DNA from: Octopus sinensis
Lineage: Eukaryota
Assembly: GCF_006345805.1 (NCBI RefSeq)
Contig: NW_021833360.1
Coordinates: 1 to 26,958, forward strand
Reading direction: 5' to 3'
Length of the DNA: 26,958 nt
Below the pieces are notes generated by a model, which had not been told where the DNA came from, searched no databases, and saw only the letters and a list, made by a program, of their open reading frames with translations. Position numbers and translations under genes: made by a program. Shown one piece after another: positions 21,010 through 26,958 of the stretch. Numbering within the stretch: position 1 is the first letter of the stretch; every line of letters begins with the position of its first letter.

Positions 21010-22150
21010 CTTAAATTCGTGTGCTCCAATTTTAGTTGCTCAAGCGAGGATTGCAGTACTACTTCATATTTCCAACAGTACTTCATATTTCGTTTGCATA
21101 ACGGCTATTAAATGGCCCCTCACAAGTACTCCGCTATATTTTCGTTTGCTTTAACTTTCATCGGAAAAGAAAAAAAACCACATCAGTGCAATAAAATAAC
21201 ACATTTACTTTGAAACGGAGAAAAATTCGGCAGTTTTATTTTACTTGAATAGAAATCTTCGGCATTCTTCCTCCTGTCCATTGGCAGCGAATACCTTCTT
21301 CTGTGGTTTCTAGGACAAAGTGTGGTCATAACAAAATTTAGGAGCACTGTTTCTTAGTGCAAGGGAAATTTAGCACAGTCACTAATTTGCATAATCTTTT
21401 AGACTCTAGAAAAACATTATAACTTAGCTTAAGGCTTTGATAGATAAAAACAGCAAAAATGTTTTTTCAGTTGAAATCCAAAACTCTTTAAAATTTTGAT
21501 TAATATTGCATGGAGGATTAAACCAAATGCCATTTTGTTTAGGAGTAATATAATCTGAGTGGGAATTTGTTGTGCTCTAGTTGTACCTTCGATTTGAAGT
21601 TAATTCTTTTATAAAAACCCGTTTTTAATGAATTTATTGCAATACCTGGTCACACTATTTATTCCAGTTCTGTCTGGATATATATGAGAAATTCCTTCAA
21701 TTATCTCTTTAACGAGATTCTTGATTAATGCATAAAGTTTGCGTTAGAGCTTCTTGAGTATTTAATATTAGGTGTCTGAAAATCGTTTGCTGTATTTATA
21801 TTAGCCACTACAATTAAACTAAGTCCTTCTTTAAATTATCTGATTAAGACTTTCAAAATACTATCGATCCGTTGATATTGCCTAAGATAGCAAGACCATC
21901 ATCCCTGTACAATCGTAGATCTAAGGTATATGACTAGATTTTGTCCTGATACAATCTATACAGGACGTCATCAATAGGATCCTTAATTTCTTTTAGCTAT
22001 GCAGCAACGTTGTTGTAATGGAGATGTTATGCGAAACATATTAATCATAGTATCACTGCCTTTAGGGAAAAATATTTCTAAAATTCATTGCAATGACAGG
22101 AACTCTGGAAATGGATGTATAATAATCAACAGGATTTGCCTCTAGTATTA
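21010..22150 (-). mobile_element. Degraded Penelope-like element (lineage 3): RT, thumb and GIY-YIG endonuclease remnant
   Basis: Minus strand in order: VDYYTSIS (resembles DIVDFYPSIS, ~22105-22130), LYRDDGLAI (21889-21912), IWFNPP (21511-21528), LKLSY, PMD (CPMDGxC-like) and STCEGPFNSRYAN (21092-21130; resembles the YIGxCEGxFKxRY segment of a GIY-YIG domain). Many stops and frameshifts. Confidence 0.82.
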
Positions 22151-22162
22151 ATATACCAGTTT

Positions 22163-22378
22163 GGACGGCGAGCAGACAGAATCGTTAGCACAGCAGACAA
22201 AATATCCAGCGGCATTTTGTCCGTCTTTACATTCTTAATTCAACTTCTGCAGAAACCAACTTTTACTGTCATCCTTTGAATGTCGTTAAAATAAGTATCA
22301 GTTCAATACTGGGATCGATGTAATCGACTTTCCAATCTGCCAAACCTGCTCGCCTTATGCCAAAATCTGAAACCAATG
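22163..22378 (+). mobile_element. Family B SINE variant with an alternative tail (degenerate)
   Basis: GGACGGCGAGCAGACAGAATCGTTAGCA head, GGGATCGATGTAATCGACTT, tail GCCTTATGCCAAAATCTGAAACC. The tail recurs at ~22731-22752. Confidence 0.75.
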
Positions 22379-22390
22379 GACCGGTTTAAT

Positions 22391-22494
22391 GTAGCGAGCT
22401 GGCAGAATTGTTAACACACCAGTCAAAATGCTTTGCGGCATTTCTCTTGACGTTCTGGGCTCAAATACTACTGAGGTCGATCGACTTTGCTTCC
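22391..22494 (+). mobile_element. Family B SINE 5' fragment
   Basis: GCGAGCTGGCAGAATTGTTAACAC...AAAATGCTTTGCGGCATTTC...GAGGTCGATCGACTTTGC. Confidence 0.75.
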
Positions 22495-22639
22495 AAAGTA
22501 AAGTAAATTTTATAATTATTTATTATTATTTTTTTTTTTGGTAAATTTTTTTAGAAATGATTTGTTTTTGCATTTTTTAAATCTGTATTATCGTTTCTTT
22601 GAAATTTTAAAAATAAACTAGGATTAGATCCCCTATTAC

Positions 22640-22760
22640 TTTTTAGTGTAAAAATTGATAATCCAACGATGGGGTGGATAATCCAACGCTGGGGTCGATA
22701 TAATCCACTTACTCTCTCTATGAAATTTGTAGGCTTTGTGCCAAAATTTAAAAATAATGT
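22640..22760 (+). mobile_element. Family B variant 3' fragment with a local 20-bp duplication
   Basis: CTGGGGTCGATATAATC...GGCTTTGTGCCAAAATTT, preceded by GATAATCCAACG(A/C)TGGGGT twice. Confidence 0.55.
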
Positions 22761-22870
22761 TAGTGATTCAGCTATGTTACTAGGTAAATCCACTGTTGTG
22801 AGAAGGAGACGTTTATCAGTCTACTTTGTATGCTATTTAGTATATAATCGCTTACTCTCCCAAGGCTGAT

Positions 22871-23636
22871 CATAAAGGGGCTATACTTAGAGGGGACAAA
22901 CAAGGACAGACAAAGGGATTAAGTCGATTACATCGACTCCAGTGCGTAGCTAGTACTTAATTTATCAACCCCGAAAGGATGAAAGGCAAAGTCGACCCGG
23001 CGGAATTTGAACTCAGAACGTAACGGCAGACGAAATACCTATTTCTTTACTACCCATAAGGGGCTAAACACAGAGGGGACAAACAAGGACAGACAAAGGG
23101 ATTAAGTCGATTATTCGACCCCAGTGCGTAACTGGTACTTAATTTATCGACCCCAAAAGGATGAAAGGCAAAGTCGACCGCGGCGGAATTTGAACTCAGA
23201 ACGTAGCAGCAGACGAAATACCTATTTCTTTACTACCCACAAGGGGCCAAACACAGAGGGGACAAACAAGGACAGACAAACGGATTAAGTCGATTATTCG
23301 ACCCCAGTGCGTAACTGGTACTTAATTTATCGACCCCAAAAGGATGAAAGGCAAAATCGACCCCGGCGGAATTTGAACTCAGAACGTAGCAGCAGACGAA
23401 ATACCTATTTCTTTACTACCCACAAGGGGCCAAACACAGAGGGGACAAACAAGGACAGACAAACGGATTAAGTCGATTACATCGACCCCAGTGCGTAACT
23501 GGTACGTAATTTATCGACCCCGAAAGGATGAAAGGCAAAGTCGACCTCGGCGGAATTTGAACTCAGAACGTAAAGACAGATGAAATGTTGCTAAACATTT
23601 CGCCCGGCGTGCTAACGTTTCTGCCAGCCTGCCGCC
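22871..23636 (-). mobile_element. Tandem array of four family B SINE units, 183-bp period
   Basis: Unit junctions GACGAAATAC|CTATTTCTTT at 23039, 23222 and 23405. Only the rightmost unit has the full head (ending GCCAGCCTGCCGCC, 23636). Confidence 0.96.
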
Positions 23637-23676
23637 TTCTTTATGCATATGTTTGTGTGAGTGTTTGGTGTGTGTG

Positions 23677-23717
<41 letters not shown>

Positions 23718-23810
23718 TGTTTGTTAACGGTGTATGCATGAAGGCAGAATTGCCGGGTTTTTTTTTGGTTACCTAGTTTTACATATTACATTTTGCATAC
23801 ACGTCACAAC

Positions 23811-23880
23811 CAGGTCAATTTTGCTGTTCACCTTTCCGAGATTGATAAAATAATTATTGCAATTGATGTAATCGACCTTG
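23811..23880 (+). mobile_element. Degenerate family B SINE 3' fragment
   Basis: CAGGTCAATTTTGCTGTTCACCTTTCCGAGATTGATAAAATAA...GATGTAATCGACCTT. Confidence 0.55.
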
Positions 23881-24732
23881 CGCTAGAAACGAATTCCCCA
23901 CCAACACAACTGAGTGAATAATAACTCAGCAATTCTTGTGGCTGGTAATTTATAATGCAGGCATTTAAACATGTTGACTTCCAGCAAATTTCAATACAGC
24001 AATTAGTTCTACAGCAACCCAGTAGGTCGCTGACATGCGCTTACAAGGGTAAAAGGGTGAACAAAGAACAAACAGGAATCTTTTAAAACTATGTATGTTA
24101 CTTAGCTATTTGGACCACATACTCATTTACCAAAGTGACGTATTGAAAAGAAAGATTTTTCTGACATTCACATTTGCACGCACATGTAAACGGACGAAAA
24201 TACAACAGAAAAAAATACTCTCTATATTTATGTAGAATTGTGTGTGTGCGTGAGTACGTACGCGTAAGTATGTATGTATGTGTGTGTGTGTGTGGGTCTG
24301 TGAAAGTGTGCGTGTATGTGTGTATGTTTGCGCGCGCCTACTTTACTACGAGTGAGCGTCTAATTCACTCTCAAGAATTATCTCAATGCGTGTGGGTAAA
24401 AATCTACACATGGTAGAATTGATGATATATCTATATGTCAAAATAGAGAATGTTGAGCAGCTTCTTGGCGCAAGCCTGGACTGTTTTATTGTGTAAAGTT
24501 CATCTGAGCTACCCAGATGTTTTTAAGGCCTCCATCTCGGCAGTGCAGGTGCGACCCGTTCTTCAGTGGATACCAAAAGTACTCAGAGAAGTAACTTACT
24601 TAAAATTTATCTACAACCAAAAACGCTTCATCAGCGCTAGCCACATACATCATTTATAAATGTGTGTGTATGTGCGTGCGTGTGGTGGAGGATAAAGATT
24701 TTGCGTGTAGGCAAGGAAATCGAACGATAGTT

Positions 24733-24760
24733 TGATAGATAGATAAATAGATAGATAGAC

Positions 24761-24794
<34 letters not shown>
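24733..24794. repeat. (ATAG)n microsatellite
   Basis: Directly visible. Confidence 0.95.
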
Positions 24795-24795
<1 letters not shown>

Positions 24796-24884
24796 AGGAA
24801 CGGTTTTCGTTTAGAGATAACTTTCGCCAGTATTTTATTTGGTATATGCTAAAAAAATACAAGCATATTCACTCATACATACAA

Positions 24885-24885
24885 A

Positions 24886-24966
<81 letters not shown>

Positions 24967-24985
24967 TGTGTGTGTATGTGTGTTT
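24885..24985. repeat. (TA)n-(TG)n microsatellite
   Basis: Directly visible. Confidence 0.95.
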
Positions 24986-25144
24986 AAACATATATTACAT
25001 GAATGCACGAATATACTATGTCTCTCACAAGGAATAATGGATGAGATTTTAAGTATAGCCGATATACATGACTAAGGAAAACATAAAAAAATATATATAC
25101 AAAAGCAAAATATATGCCGTAAGAATTTTTGTTCTTTTTGTTTG

Positions 25145-25153
25145 GTTCTTCTT

Positions 25154-25220
<67 letters not shown>

Positions 25221-25280
25221 TATTATTATTATTATTATTATATATTATTATCGTCGTGTTGTGTTGTTGTTGTTTTTGTC
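25145..25280. repeat. (CTT)n-(ATT)n-(GTT)n compound triplet microsatellite
   Basis: Directly visible. Confidence 0.95.
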
Positions 25281-25599
25281 GCTGTTGTTTCTTTGTTGGT
25301 TTCAGCAATTGTTTAGTGTATTGCTCTTAGTAAGATTTTGGCAGCAAGATGTACGAATTTTTGACTGCAAATCAGAACATAACAAACCATGTGACCACAA
25401 TGACAGATGCCTAACATTGCTAAATGAATAGTTAAAATGGTACTCTTGATGGATAACGTGGTAGAGACTTAGCCGCGTGCAAGAACCAGACACACGCATT
25501 TAGACACACACATACTTGTGTGTGTGTGTATACATTGCGTACATTACACATGGCTACGTTCGAAAACTTGTACATATAATACATATTACATACATATTT

Positions 25600-25646
25600 G
25601 CATATATACATGCAGATATATATATATATTATATATCTCTATATAT

Positions 25647-25677
<31 letters not shown>

Positions 25678-25828
25678 ACAGGCTTAAAGCAGTTGTGTCA
25701 CTAAAAGAAAATACGATTCATAAAGTCATTCAGAAATATTTCCATTGTATTTATGGTATCTATGGCGTATGCGTGTGTTAAACACGCGAAATATACACGC
25801 AAACACATACACACAAGCAAACACACAC

Positions 25829-25877
<49 letters not shown>

Positions 25878-25946
25878 TATATAATATATATATATATTAT
25901 AGTATATTATATATATATATATTATATTCACACATGTATAGGCATG

Positions 25947-25983
<37 letters not shown>

Positions 25984-26072
25984 TTATACATGTGTATGTA
26001 CATGTATAAGCATACACACACACACGCGCACACACACACACATCAACGCACTCGAACACATACTACATATAA

Positions 26073-26149
<77 letters not shown>

Positions 26150-26232
26150 CTGCAAAGACATAACAAAAGGTTTTATGATTTCTAGCAGCAGTATAAATAA
26201 AGCATATTATATATATATATATATATATAATA
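25600..26232. repeat. Region of multiple interrupted (TA)n/(CA)n tracts
   Basis: Directly visible, with short unique spacers. Confidence 0.85.
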
Positions 26233-26756
26233 TACAAAATGGGACAAAGACGCGTCATTCTGAGTTTTCTTTCTTCAGTCGAGTTTCAGATTATCTTTGC
26301 AATTTGTGCTGGTTATACTCGAGATTGCTCCAATCTGGCCAGCCCCAAGGTAAAACTAAGCTAAGAGTATTAAATTACTTCGAAGATGTATACAGTGGAT
26401 GTATACGAAAACAAGGGCGGACAAAAACGGAGAATGTTACACAAATACAAATAACAGGACATAACAAGAGGCGTTTTTCGACTAAGGACGAAGTAAATTA
26501 AGTAGCGTGTGTGGAAGTAAAGCTTTAAGGCAGGGATACAGAGTTTCACAGGCACAGAGAGGAATGTAGATGTTGCACGGATGATGGTCAAACCACGAAA
26601 GAAAGGTCGGGTTTGGCCAAACAGCGGTCACGTGGGGAGAGAAGAGACAGGGGTAGAAGCAGAGGGACAGAAGAAATAAGGAGGGGCGAGAAAAGATGAC
26701 AGGGACACAGTGAAGTGAAAAGAGGAGGGAAAGCGAGCAGAAAAAATTATATTATT
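26229..26756 (-). mobile_element. Interspersed repeat modules, probably Penelope-associated terminal sequence
   Basis: AATATACAAAATGGGACAAAG...GATTGCTCCAATCTGGCCAGCCCCAAGG and ATTAAATTACTTCGAAGA...TTTCGACTAAGGACGAA resemble common octopus repeats recalled from memory. The strongly purine-skewed plus strand resembles 8477-8669. No coding motif. Confidence 0.4.
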
Positions 26757-26958
26757 TCGCAGTCTAATAACAGTGCCAATTCTTGTTCAAATGACTTTAA
26801 ATTTTAGCAGCACGTGTAGAAACAGGTCCAAATTTTATGCTTAATGTTTGATATGCTTATCTATTCAGGTATAGAAATGGCATGCACTGGAAGAGAAAAG
26901 ACGCTTTGTGTTTGGACTATGCCTGAACACAGACCCATAGAATCACTACTCATAACAT

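Noticed and set aside
20547-21086. Long ORFs with polyN/E/K/M/R/S/H tracts (also 13944-14335 and 25068-25431)
   Set aside because: They are translations of triplet microsatellites open in several frames on both strands, with no non-repetitive coding context.
22871-23636. Regularly spaced repeats resembling a CRISPR array
   Set aside because: The whole 183-bp unit repeats with no unique spacers, it is homologous to the SINE at 4350-4581, and the context is eukaryotic with no cas genes.
24450-24659. 69-aa ORF in moderately GC-rich unique sequence
   Set aside because: No recognisable domain and weak splice signals on either strand.
2338-26166. Dozens of YI/IY, CV/VC and HT/TH-rich ORFs in the track
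   Set aside because: Products of (TA)n, (TG)n, (CA)n and (ATAC)n repeats.

Overview
A eukaryotic, AT-rich, repeat-saturated window with no host protein-coding gene I can confidently support. The repeat families and the density of (TA)n/(CA)n/(ATAG)n/triplet microsatellites look like an Octopus genome; this is recognition from memory, not a database result. Supported content: three distinct Penelope-like (PLE) reverse transcriptase remnants, one with an open 218-codon frame and one running from RT to GIY-YIG; PLE-type terminal modules with degenerate hammerhead-like motifs; a DD34D mariner remnant interrupted by a SINE and abutted by a rosa/DD41D-like transposase; two non-autonomous Helitrons sharing one end; a 514-bp TIR MITE; an RTE-type LINE RT fragment ending in a perfect hairpin; about 17 copies or fragments of four SINE-like families, including a 183-bp-period tandem array; a 16-bp minisatellite; and compound triplet arrays. 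Most ORFs in the supplied track are microsatellite artefacts. I found no convincing new biological system. The best leads are the SINE tandem array, the end-sharing Helitrons, the hammerhead-like motifs, the hairpin and a possible first exon at about 19.8 kb on the minus strand.
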